DNA of 64,000 nucleotides from an uncultured delta proteobacterium (GTDB taxonomy: Bacteria; Desulfobacterota; Binatia; Binatales; Binataceae), in assembly GCA_963794325.1 (NCBI GenBank), contig CAWCDG010000004.1, positions 608,001 through 672,000 on the forward strand. The letters run 5' to 3'. The stretch's first letter is position 1, and each line of letters opens with the position of its first letter. Below the pieces are notes generated by a model that made no database searches, was not told the DNA's origin, and worked only from the letters and a program-made list of their open reading frames with translations. This document shows positions 37,560 through 47,535 of the stretch, in pieces. The translations under genes and the position numbers were made by a program.

Positions 37560-37859
37560 TCATTTTTTCCAACCTCCTCTGTCGTACTCCGCATGGGTCA
37601 AGATGTTGCGGACAAACAGCATTTGCGTGTTGAAGTGAATTGCTACGATCAGTCGGTACTTGTTACCCGCAATATCGAAAACGTAGAAATCGCCCTTTGC
37701 GGTCGGCACATAGTCCACCGATCCAAAGGTTCGCTTTAACTCGATCAGATTCGGATAGGCTCCACTTTTGACCAGCTTCCACCATGCTCGTAGCGGGCCA
37801 TCGGCATCGGGATATCGTTTCGCGAAGTCCCTGAGCGCCTTCTCCGAGATCACCCGCAC
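37560..37859 (-). CDS. higB: HigB-family mRNA interferase toxin
   Basis: MRVIS, L..WW, F.SVD, VFDIAGNKYRLI, THAEYD. Confidence 0.92.
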   Translation of the reverse strand: MRVISEKALRDFAKRYPDADGPLRAWWKLVKSGAYPNLIELKRTFGSVDYVPTAKGDFYVFDIAGNKYRLIVAIHFNTQMLFVRNILTHAEYDRGGWKK

Positions 37860-37865
37860 GTCGAG

Positions 37866-37908
37866 AATATATCTCGAAGTGAGATGGGTTGTCAACTCAA
37901 ATTGAGAT
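37866..37908 (-). promoter_or_regulatory. Sigma70-type promoter with two palindromic operators
   Basis: TTGACA-N18-TATATT, 6 nt before the GTG; ATCTC-N5-GAGAT and CTCAA-T-TTGAG palindromes. Confidence 0.65.
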
Positions 37909-37959
37909 GAAAAAAACTATCGGTGCGCCGAGATCGGACGACGAAGGGGCGTTACCGCT

Positions 37960-38208
37960 GCGGAGCCGGGAGCTTGTCGCGGGAGGCCTTCTGTCAATTC
38001 GCGGAAAATACTCATCTGCCTCCGCGATACTGCCGATAGACGCGAGGGAACTCAAACGCATCGCCGGCACGGCGGCCCGCGCCACTGGTCAGGCGCGCGG
38101 CTTGTCGGCGGCGAAGCGGATGCGAATGTAGTCGGCAACCCAATTGCCGTCGCCGTCGCAGAGTTTGGGGCGCAATGCTTCGCGAACCTCGTCTAGAAAA
38201 CCGGCGCG
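37960..38208. repeat. ~250-bp direct repeat of 36680-36928
   Basis: Near-identical at offset 1280; contains the 5' end of methyltransferase B, the spacer and the 3' end of methyltransferase A. Confidence 0.9.
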
Positions 38209-38850
38209 ATCGTTTTTCGCGACCGGCGCCGTGAAGCTCTGCGCAAAAGTCTCGAGCCATCCGTTGATTTCGGTCGGCAGCGGTGTGGGGCGGGGAATCA
38301 ATGCGATGTACCTGACGGCGAATCCGCGGCGAGCCAGCCGCGCGGAATATTCTTCGGCGGTTGGGAAATACCACGGGTTGAGAGCGTCGGCGTCGATTCC
38401 GCGACGCCGAAGGGCGTCGAACAATGCGCGCTTGATCGTCTCGACGCAGCCGTGGCCGCCGAACTCGGCGACGAAGCGGCCGCCGGGGCGCAGCGCGCGC
38501 CATACGCCGGCGATTACGTCGTCGGGTGGTTTCATCCAGTGGATCGCGGCGTTGCTGAACACGGCATCGAAGTCGGCGTCGAAACTGAGACGCGCACCGT
38601 CAGCTACGCGCGCGTCAAGGCCGAGCCGTCGTGCGGCTTCGATTTGGGGTGGGCTCGAATCTACCCCGACCACGTCGCATCCCATTGCGGCGAGCTTGAT
38701 GGTTAGCGCGCCGTCGCCGCATCCGAGGTCGAGGATTCGCTCGCCGGCGCTGGGCGCGAGCAGATCGACCACCGGTGCGCCGAGATCGGAGACGAAGCGG
38801 GCGTTGCGCGCGTATCCGTTCGGGTCCCAGGTTTGATTGGCCGTCGTCAT
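38089..38850 (-). CDS. Class I SAM-dependent methyltransferase (A; Tam-like)
   Basis: ILDLGCGDG, FDAVFSNAAIHW, NPWYFP, DY.R.RF. Confidence 0.93.
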   Translation of the reverse strand: MTTANQTWDPNGYARNARFVSDLGAPVVDLLAPSAGERILDLGCGDGALTIKLAAMGCDVVGVDSSPPQIEAARRLGLDARVADGARLSFDADFDAVFSNAAIHWMKPPDDVIAGVWRALRPGGRFVAEFGGHGCVETIKRALFDALRRRGIDADALNPWYFPTAEEYSARLARRGFAVRYIALIPRPTPLPTEINGWLETFAQSFTAPVAKNDRAGFLDEVREALRPKLCDGDGNWVADYIRIRFAADKPRA

Positions 38851-38906
38851 GTACTTAACTATAGTTAATAATCTACGCGATGCAACAGTCGATCACTTTA
38901 TTGAAT

Positions 38907-38956
38907 GTGAAACCCGCCCGGGTTTCACATTCCTTGGGCAGGGGTACCCCCTGCCC
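38907..38956. repeat. Third copy of the family B double hairpin
   Basis: GTGAAACCC-gccc-GGGTTTCAC...GGCAGGGG-tac-CCCCTGCC. Confidence 0.75.
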
Positions 38957-39047
38957 CTTAGTGAAACGCTTGACACATTGGCTTGCTAGACGGCAGGCTC
39001 GATCAGAGAGGCATCTCCGGCGAGGATCACTTTGGCCGGAGCGTCCG

Positions 39048-39383
39048 ATGATATCCAGGTTCCACAGAAGCAGTAGAGCGGCGGCGCGCGCGATCGCGAT
39101 TTTCGGCGCGGTGCTGGTCCTTGTCTCGACCAGCATCGGCGCGAGTCATTTTCATGAGCGCGCGGTCTCACGCAACGGGCTGGCTGTCGCGCAAGTGGCG
39201 GTTGACGAAGGACTTTGTCCGGTCTGCCAATTCGCGCTGCATTCGCCAGGCTCGCTTTCATCGACTACGACTGTCACGCGCGGACCGGTTATCGTCGATA
39301 CGATATTCCTGGCCGCGCCGGTCCGTTCCGAATCTCCGGTTTTCTCGGCAGCACGCGTGCGCGCTCCTCCGATAGCTCTCTAG
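39048..39383 (+). CDS. DUF2946/CruR-like leader protein (CxxC and C-terminal RAPP)
   Basis: Signal/TM helix, HFH, CPVC and terminal RVRAPPIAL; lies directly upstream of a TonB-dependent receptor. Confidence 0.75.
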   Translation: MISRFHRSSRAAARAIAIFGAVLVLVSTSIGASHFHERAVSRNGLAVAQVAVDEGLCPVCQFALHSPGSLSSTTTVTRGPVIVDTIFLAAPVRSESPVFSAARVRAPPIAL

Positions 39384-39492
39384 ATCTCTCCGTTCGATAC
39401 ATTTTGATTCTTCACTGCGCGCGACCGTTTCGCGCGCCGCCACTCGCGTATTCGCAGGCGCGGGCGGGAACCTGAACTGATGGGAGCTTGAG

Positions 39493-41890
39493 ATGCGGAG
39501 GAATTTATTTGCGCGGATCTCAGCAGGGATCCTGATTCAACTGTTTTTTTGTATGCCGGCATTAGGGGCTAATTTGAAGACTCCGACGGCCACGAACTAT
39601 CGGGTCACGGGCGTAGTGAAGGACGCGCTCGGCAGACCGATCAAGCAAGCGGCGTTGACGCTACAATCTTCGAAGGGGCAGGTTGTCGGGCATGCGACGA
39701 GCAATGATGCGGGGGAGTTCTCGTTCAACGCAATCCCGCCGGGCAGTTACGCGGTCGTGGCGACCAGCAGCGGATTCAAGACGGCTACTTCGATCGTTTC
39801 AGTCTCGGCCAAGGGCGCTCCGCCGGTGGTGCTTGCGATGGAAGCCGAGAAAGCGGTCAGCCTGAAGGTGGCGGCGACGCGGCTGAACCAAGGGCGCAAT
39901 TCCTTGTCACCCACCACGGGCGGCAGCAAATACACCTTCACTCAGCAGGCAATTCAGGAATTGCCGCAGGGTGATAATACTTCCTTGAACCAGGTGATAT
40001 TGCAGGCGCCGGGCGTTGCGCAGGACTCGTTTGGACAGCTCCACATTCGCGGCGACCACGCCAATCTTCAGTACCGGGTAAACGGAGTTCAGCTTCCCGA
40101 GGGTATCACCGGCTTCGGGCAGGTGCTCAGTCCACGGTTCGCCAGTTCGATCAGCCTGCTGACGGGCGCGTTGCCGGCAGAGTATGGCCTACGAACCGCC
40201 GGGGTCATCGATATTAAGACCAAGGATGGGCTGCTCGATCCGGTCGCCGATGTCGATTTTTACGGCGGGCAGCGCGGGACCACGCAGCCGAGCTTCGAGT
40301 ACGGCGGATCCAAGGGCAATTTCAGCTACTTCGTGACCGGGCAATATCTTGGCACCGATCGCGGAGTCGAGCCGCCGACGCCCGGACCCACGGCGATTCA
40401 CGATACGAGCAACCAGGGATCGGGGTTCGGGTACTTCTCGTATTTTCTGAATCCGACGACCCGGCTGAGCCTGATCTCGGGATCGGCGATAAATCACTTT
40501 CAGATACCGGCGAATCCAGATCAGCCGCAGGTGTTTCCGTTGGCAGGTGTGCCGGTATATCCGTCGGCGAAAGTGCGCGAGAACCAGTTCGAACAAAACT
40601 ACTTCAACGTGCTCGCGCTGCAGGGGACGGTTGGGGATAACATCGACTATCAGATCGCGCCGTTCAGCCGTTACTCGACCGTCACTTTCAATCCGGACCA
40701 CGTTGGCGACCTGATCTACAACGGCGCAGCATCGAGGGTTTTTCGCAGCGACTGGGGCAACGGTTTTCAGCTCGACACGGCTTATCACGGAATTGCCAAT
40801 CATACGTTTCGACTGGGCGGTTACTTCGACGCCGAGCGCGCCGAGATCGACAACCATGAGGCGGTGTTTACACCATAGGGGCGGCACGCCGCCCAACGTT
40901 CCTTTCGGGATCGTCGATAACATCGGACTGCAGACCTGGATTTACAGCGGCTATATACAGGACGAATGGAAGCCTATCGAAAAACTGACGGTGAACTATG
41001 GTGTCCGCTTCGACCTGTACGACGGCCTGGTGCGGGCTGATCAAGCCAGTCCGCGCGTTGCATTCGAGTACAAGCTGTTCAAGGGCACTACGCTGCACGC
41101 AGGCTATGCACGTCAGATGACGCCGCCGCCAACCGAACTCGTGTCAGTGAGCACAATCGCGAAATTCAAAGGCACCACCGGCGCGCCCGCATCCACTGGC
41201 AACGGCACTCCGACCGTCGAGCGCGACCACCTGTTTGATGCTGGAGTAACGCAGGAGATTATTCCCGGCCTGAACGTGGGTATCGATTCGTATTACAAGA
41301 AGGCGGCCGATCTGATCGACGAAGGGCAATTCGGGCCGGCGCTTATCTTCGAAACATTCAACTACCGCAAGGGTCGCGTTTACGGCGTCGAGTTCACGGG
41401 GTCATACACACACAATAATATTTACGCGTACGAGAACTTCGCCTGGAGCGTCGCGCAGGGGACGCAGGTCGAGTCGGGGCAGTTCAACTTCGCGCCGAAC
41501 GAACTGGCGTTCATCAACACTCACTACATCTTCCTGGATCACGACCAGACCTTCACCAATTCCGCCGGCGTCGTTTACAACTGGAAGGGATGGATGTTCA
41601 GTCTCGACGGAATTTACGGCAGCGGGCTTCGATCGGGTTTCGCTAACACTGGAAATCTGCCGTACTACATCCAGCTCGATGCCGGCATCACCAAGCGGGT
41701 AACGGTACCCAACCATGGCGGCGTACTCGAATTTCGCGGCGCGATCGTGAATCTGAATGACCGCACTTACGAGATTCGCAGCGGCTCGGGTATTGGTGTG
41801 TTTGCGGCTCAATTCGGTCCGCGGCGGGCGCTCTATGGCGGGATAAAATGGGAGCTTCCATTCACAAAACCCGCGACTGCGATTCAATGA
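39493..41890 (+). CDS. TonB-dependent receptor with N-terminal carboxypeptidase-regulatory-like domain, +1 frameshift near 40870
   Basis: Signal peptide, plug (LHIRG, YRVNG, AEYG...AGVIDI) and barrel motifs (YIQDEW, NYGVRFD, SPR). Confidence 0.9.
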
Positions 41891-41936
41891 AACCGCAGTC
41901 ACGATTCAGGCGTCAGGTAGTAAGGAGAACCTATTA

Positions 41937-42609
41937 ATGCAGCAACTGTATGTAGCGTGGAACGCTATCAAGTTCGGCGGCGCGATGGTCTATCCGCTGC
42001 TGGTGCTTGGCGTCCTCGCGATTGGGATAATCATCGACCGGAGCGTGCTCTACGCGCGATGCCTTCGGCTGCCCAGCGAACTTGCCAATCTGGTCGAGAC
42101 GTTCGGATTTTCATGGGTTGAACTCGAGAAGCGGCTGAACGAACTCGGCCCGCGCAACGCATACGGACGCTTTCTCCAGGTGATCGCCGACAATCGCAAC
42201 AAGCCGGCATGGTGGGTCGAATCGAGGGCCGGCGACGAGGCCGGCCGCATCGAGAAGACGCTCGCGCGCGGACTGTGGGTGCTCGAGACGGTCGTGACCG
42301 CGGCGCCGCTACTGGGATTGCTCGGCACCATCACGGGCATGATGCAGTCGTTCAACGTGATCGGAGCATCGACGCTGGTCGCGCCAACGCAGGTGACCGC
42401 GGGCGTCGCGCAGGCGCTGATTGCAACGGCGCTTGGCTTGCTGATCGCGGTGCTTGCGCTGTTTGCGTTCAACCTGTTCTCGCGGATGCAATCGCAGGCG
42501 CTCGATACGATGGAGCGGCTGGGCTCGCGGCTGGTCGATCATATTCGGCTCGATCAGGAAGGCGGCGAGGCAAGCGCATATCTCACGACCGACGGCAGTC
42601 GCGCGATGA
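41937..42609 (+). CDS. exbB: MotA/TolQ/ExbB proton channel (reads through into exbD as assembled)
   Basis: APLLGLLGTITGM..SF and ALIATA.GL. Confidence 0.85.
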
Positions 42610-43007
42610 AAATCCAGCGAGCGCGACATTTTCGGCATGGGCGAATCGAGATCATCCCGATGATCGACGTGATGTTCTTTTTGCTGGTGACGTTCATGCT
42701 GGCGTCGCTGTCGATGCAGACTCTCAACTCGATCACCGTCAATCTGCCCAAGGGCGACGCCGAATCGCTCGAGCATCGCGAGCCGATCACGCTGACGGTC
42801 ACGCGCGACAATCACATTTTCATCGACAAAACGCCGACCACGCTCGACCAGTTGGCGTTCGTGCTCAAGCCGATGCTCAAGGCGAATGACCTGGGCGTGG
42901 TGGTGAACGCCGACAGCGACTCGCCGGAAGGGACGGTGGTGGAGGCGATGATCCAGGCGCGGCGCGCGGGTGTCGAGCACTTTCTGATAGCGGTGAAGCA
43001 TCAATAA
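42606..43007 (+). CDS. exbD: ExbD/TolR
   Basis: IEIIPMIDVMFFLLVTFM, VNLP, NAD. Confidence 0.88.
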   Translation: MKIQRARHFRHGRIEIIPMIDVMFFLLVTFMLASLSMQTLNSITVNLPKGDAESLEHREPITLTVTRDNHIFIDKTPTTLDQLAFVLKPMLKANDLGVVVNADSDSPEGTVVEAMIQARRAGVEHFLIAVKHQ

Positions 43008-43754
43008 TGGCGGGCGCTGCGCCTATCGCGATTCGGCCGCCGGAACTGGACGACCCATTACGGCGCTTGTTGTTCGTCATCCCGGCTGGCGATCGCGATC
43101 TGGGCAATTCTGCTGAGCGCGTTTTCGCTCATTTTGATGCGCACGAAGGCGCCGCCCGCCGAGCTGAAGCCAATCGAGGCTCGGCTGATCGAGATACCAG
43201 CGGCGGTCGGCGGGCTGCAGGGCAACGGTGGAGCGGTGCATCCGTCGGCGCCGGCGATTCCTCATCCCAAGCCGGTACCCATCGTCAAAGCTCATCCGGT
43301 AGCGCATCCGAAAAAGGTCGCGCCGCTGCCGCCGGTCATTCGGTCTCCCTACGGCACCGAGAAATCGACCGAAGCCCCGAGCGTCGGAGAAAAACCGGGC
43401 GCGAGCACCGGAAGCGCGACTGAGAGCGGAGCGAGCAGCGGCGGTTCGGGAACTGGCGAAGGATCGGGCACCGGAATCGGCACCGATACGGTGGGCGCTC
43501 ACGCCATCTACGCGCCGACGCCGGTGATCCCCGACGAGTTGCGCGAGGACGTGATGCAGACCGAGGCGGTCGCACATTTCAACGTGTCGTTCGACGGTAC
43601 CAGTGAGGTGACGCTGGCGAAGCCAACCTCAAGCCCGCGCCTCAACCAGGTGCTGCTCGACACGCTAAAGCAATGGAAGTTTTTCCCGGCGGTGAAAAAC
43701 GGCGTCGCGATCGCGTCGTCGTTCGATGTCAGGATTCCGATTACGGTTCAGTAG
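43007..43754 (+). CDS. tonB: TonB energy transducer, +1 frameshift near 43084
   Basis: Removing one G restores the TM anchor LLFVIPLAIAIWAILL; Pro-rich linker and C-terminal WKF.PA..NG. Confidence 0.82.
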
Positions 43755-43792
43755 ATCAAGCGACGGCGCGGGCGTCGAGATCGATGCCCAGA

Positions 43793-43877
43793 AACCTAAC
43801 CCCTAACCCCTTCCCGAGCGGGAAGGGGAACCGGATCGTTGGGAGTGGCCTCTTCCCGAGCGGGAAGGGGAACCGGA
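43793..43877. repeat. Family A REP-like element (one full and one partial copy)
   Basis: cctaacccctaaccccttcccgagcgggaaggggaaccgga followed by cttcccgagcgggaaggggaaccgga. Confidence 0.8.
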
Positions 43878-43891
43878 ATGTAGAGCACGTT

Positions 43892-45074
43892 TTAAGCGCA
43901 GAGGCGGTCGATCACTTTGCGCGATCATTGCGGGGCCACGGTCGAAGGCGTCGCGGCGGACGTGCTCGTTGGGCTGATGCGCCTGCGCGAGATCGCCGGG
44001 GCCGCAGATTAGCGACGTGATGCCGGAGCCGGTGAACCATCCGCCGTCGGTGGCATACAGCGCGCCGCCGGCAGTCTTTGCGCCGGTCACGTCGAATAGA
44101 GCGGCTTCCAGAGCCGTTCCGCGCAGTGAATCGAGCGGGGGCACGACGTTCAGCAGGTTGGTTTCGATTGTCGCGCGATGCTCGCGGCCGGCGTAGTCGT
44201 GACTGTCGAGCGCGGCGAGCCGGCGCTGGATCTCGTGGTAAACGTCGAGCGGATCGGCGTCGGGCAGCGTTCGGTAGCTGACGCGCAGGTTGCATTGCTC
44301 GGCGATCATGTTGAGCGCGATTCCGCCGTGGACGATTCCGAAATTCAGCACGTCGTGCGGCGCGTCAGGAAAAATCTCAAGATATTCGGCCGGTCTGCGC
44401 GCCGCCAGCTCCTGCTGGTAGCGGCCGATGGCGTCGATGACGCGGGCCATCACGGCAATCGCGTTGACGCCGCGGGCCGGCGCCCCGCTATGACCGCCGA
44501 TGCCGCGGACGGTTACCCCGAACGACGCGATGCTCTTATGCGCGCGCGACACTTCCCACGAAGTCGGCTCGCCGATCCATGCCAACTTCGGGACCGGCGT
44601 CTCGCCGAGGATCTGTTTGAGCGCAGGAGCGACGGCCTTGGCGCCGAGACAACCGATTTCCTCGCTCGCGGTAAATACGAAAACCAGCGGGCGCTTGAGG
44701 CGCGATGAATCCAGGGTGCGCGACGCGTCGAGGCATTGCGCGATGAATCCTTTCATATCGGTGGTGCCGCGGCCGTAGATTCTGTCGCCCGCGGGTTCGA
44801 GCTTGAGCGGATCGCGTTCCCATCCGGGCTGGCCGTCGAAGGGGACGACATCGACGTGTCCCGAAATTATCAGGCCGTCGGCGCGCGGCGGACCGACCCA
44901 TGCGACCAGGTTGGCCTGCGCGACGCCGAACAGTTCGATCGGCTGAATTGCGGTTTTGAATCCTCGCGGCGTGAGCTCCGCGGCAATGTATTCCATCGCG
45001 TCGCGATCGCTTTTCGCGCTGACCGTGTCGAACGCGACGAGCCGGCGCGCGACCTCGTACAAGTAATCGTTCAT
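43892..45074 (-). CDS. argE: Acetylornithine deacetylase (M20 family); likely +1 frameshift near the 3' end
   Basis: SGHVDVVP, GRGTTDMKG, EEIGC, GEPT, AHQPNE; the alternative frame ends KVIDRLCA*. Confidence 0.82.
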
Positions 45075-45231
45075 AGTGCCACCTGGGCGTGAAACCGGTC
45101 AGGAGAATCGCACAATCGGAGCGTCGATAACAAATCGCAGCCTGATAACGTCGCGGAAACATTCATTTATTGGCCGATAGGCAATCGACCGTGCGGGCGG
45201 CTAGAATGCTTGGGTCGGAAGGAGGGGCTGG

Positions 45232-47535
45232 ATGGGATCGAACGAGCAGATGGGCAATCAATCGGATAGTCACGAAACATTTGCGGCGGCCACGGTCGCC
45301 GATGCGCCTACGCCTCAAAACGGAACGGCGGCTGATTCGATCGCGAGCGCGGCAGTGCTCGACGGATCGATCACGCCGGTCGAGAAGTCGCCGCCGCCGC
45401 ATCTCGACAAGGACCTCACCTCACCTGACCTGTTCCTGAATCGCGAGCTGACGTGGCTCGCGTTTAATCGACGCGTTCTGCACGAGGCCGAAGACGAGCG
45501 AACTCCGCTGCTCGAGCGGCTGAAGTTCCTGGCGATCACGGCGTCGAACCTCGACGAATTTTTTATGAAGCGCATCGGCGGTCTGAAGCAGCAGGTCGTC
45601 GCGGGGATGCATGAGCTGACGGTCGATGGACGCACGCCGCAGCAGCAGATCAATGAGTGCTACACGGTGGTGCGCGAAATCGAGCAGCGGCAGCGCGAGG
45701 TCGGGCCGCATATTCTGCGCGAGCTCGAGAATCACGGCATTCGAGTGCGGCTCTACGCCAGCCTTTCCGATGAAGAATGCAAGTCGGTTCGCGACTACTA
45801 CTACAAGAATATTTTTCCGCTGGTGACGCCGCAGGCGATGGACCCGGCGCATCCGTTCCCGTTCGTGTCGAATCTGTCGCTTAATTTGCTGGTCACGGCG
45901 CGCTATCAGAACGACTCAGACCCGCTGATGGCGCGGGTGAAAGTGCCGGTCGGCTTCGGAATCCCGCGTTTTCTGCGAGTCGGCAATAAAAATGATTTTG
46001 TGCGGCTCGAGGACGTCCTCGCGAACAACCTCGATCTGCTGTTTCCCTCGATGCTGATCGACTCGTACGAGCTTTTCCGCGTCACGCGCAACGCCAACAC
46101 GGAGCGCGACGAGGACGAGGCCGACGATCTGCTCGCGCTGATCGAATCCGAGCTGCGCGACCGCCGTTTCGCTCCAATCGTGCGGCTGGAAGTGCTGACC
46201 GGGATGAATCCGGTTCATCGCGGGATGCTCGCCGCGGAACTCGGGCTGGACGAACGCGCCGACGTGTTCGAGGTCGATGGCATGCTCTCGATGCGCGACC
46301 TTGGGGAGCTCGCGTCGCTCGACGAGCCCGCGCTGCACGATCCGCCGCATCATCCGGTGGATCATCCGCGCCTGACGGTCGGACGGAGCATCTTCCACGT
46401 CATTCGCGATGCGGGCTCGTTCCTGCTGCTGCATCCGTACGAGTCGTTTTCGACTTCGGTCGAACGGTTTTTGCGTGAAGCCGCGGACGACCCGAAAGTC
46501 CGCGCGATCAAGATGACGCTGTATCGGACCTCGCCGGACTCGAAGATCATCGGCTACCTTTGCGATGCGGCGCGCAACGGCAAGCAGGTTGCAGTGGTGG
46601 TCGAGCTGAAGGCGCGCTTTGACGAAGCTGCAAATATCCAGTTCGCGACCAAGCTCGAGGAGTTTGGAATTCACGTAACCTACGGCGTGGTCGGCCTGAA
46701 GACTCACAGCAAAGTGATCCTGGTCATCCGGCAGGACTACAACGGGCTGCGGCGTTACGCGCATATCGGGACCGGCAACTATCATCCGGTGACGGCGCGA
46801 TTCTATGCCGACTACGGGCTGCTGACTTGCGACGGCACGATCGGCGAAGACCTGACTGAGCTGTTCAACTACCTGACGACCGGCTATATGCCGAACCGTC
46901 CGTATCGCAAGATCCTTCCGGCGCCGACGGTGTTGAAGCGCGCGCTACTGTCGCGAATCGAGCGCGAAATCAAAGTGCACTCGGCGGCATCACCGGGGCT
47001 GATTCAATTCAAGATGAACGCGCTCGAAGACGTGGATATCACGCGCGCTCTATATCGCGCGTCGCAGGCAGGGGTGAAGGTCGATCTGATCGTGCGCGAC
47101 ACGTGCAGGCTGCGTCCGGGAATCCAAGGACTGTCGGAAACCGTGCGCGTCGTCAGCATTGTCGGTCGATTCCTCGAACACGGCCGCATCTACTATTTTC
47201 GCAACGGCGGCGCAGAGGAGTTTTTCATCGGATCCGCCGATTGCATGAAACGCAATCTGGAGAGCCGGGTCGAGGTGGTCGCACCGGTCGAGGATCCGCA
47301 ACTGCGAAAGGAGTTGCGCGTCGTGCTCGATATCCAGTTGCGGCCGAATCGATGCCAGTGGGAAATGCAATCTGACGGTACTTACGTCAGGACCGCGGCC
47401 GCGGATGCAGCGCCGGCATGCCAGCAAGCGATGATCGATTTCGCCGAGACGCGGCAAACCGAAGCGACCAAGGTCAAGCGGCGGCGCTCCAAAGGCTTCG
47501 CCCGCCGCGCGGTACGAGAAAGGAACGACGAGTGA
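45232..47535 (+). CDS. ppk1: Polyphosphate kinase 1
   Basis: NRELTWL.FN.RVL, NLDEFF, HPYESF, ELKARFDE, KTHSK, GRFLEH.R. Confidence 0.97.
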   Translation: MGSNEQMGNQSDSHETFAAATVADAPTPQNGTAADSIASAAVLDGSITPVEKSPPPHLDKDLTSPDLFLNRELTWLAFNRRVLHEAEDERTPLLERLKFLAITASNLDEFFMKRIGGLKQQVVAGMHELTVDGRTPQQQINECYTVVREIEQRQREVGPHILRELENHGIRVRLYASLSDEECKSVRDYYYKNIFPLVTPQAMDPAHPFPFVSNLSLNLLVTARYQNDSDPLMARVKVPVGFGIPRFLRVGNKNDFVRLEDVLANNLDLLFPSMLIDSYELFRVTRNANTERDEDEADDLLALIESELRDRRFAPIVRLEVLTGMNPVHRGMLAAELGLDERADVFEVDGMLSMRDLGELASLDEPALHDPPHHPVDHPRLTVGRSIFHVIRDAGSFLLLHPYESFSTSVERFLREAADDPKVRAIKMTLYRTSPDSKIIGYLCDAARNGKQVAVVVELKARFDEAANIQFATKLEEFGIHVTYGVVGLKTHSKVILVIRQDYNGLRRYAHIGTGNYHPVTARFYADYGLLTCDGTIGEDLTELFNYLTTGYMPNRPYRKILPAPTVLKRALLSRIEREIKVHSAASPGLIQFKMNALEDVDITRALYRASQAGVKVDLIVRDTCRLRPGIQGLSETVRVVSIVGRFLEHGRIYYFRNGGAEEFFIGSADCMKRNLESRVEVVAPVEDPQLRKELRVVLDIQLRPNRCQWEMQSDGTYVRTAAADAAPACQQAMIDFAETRQTEATKVKRRRSKGFARRAVRERNDE

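Noticed and set aside
41937-43007. Genuine ExbB-ExbD fusion protein
   Set aside because: An ATGA at 42606-42609 becomes a standard stop/start overlap if one base is removed, matching the other +1 errors. It cannot be fully excluded without reads.
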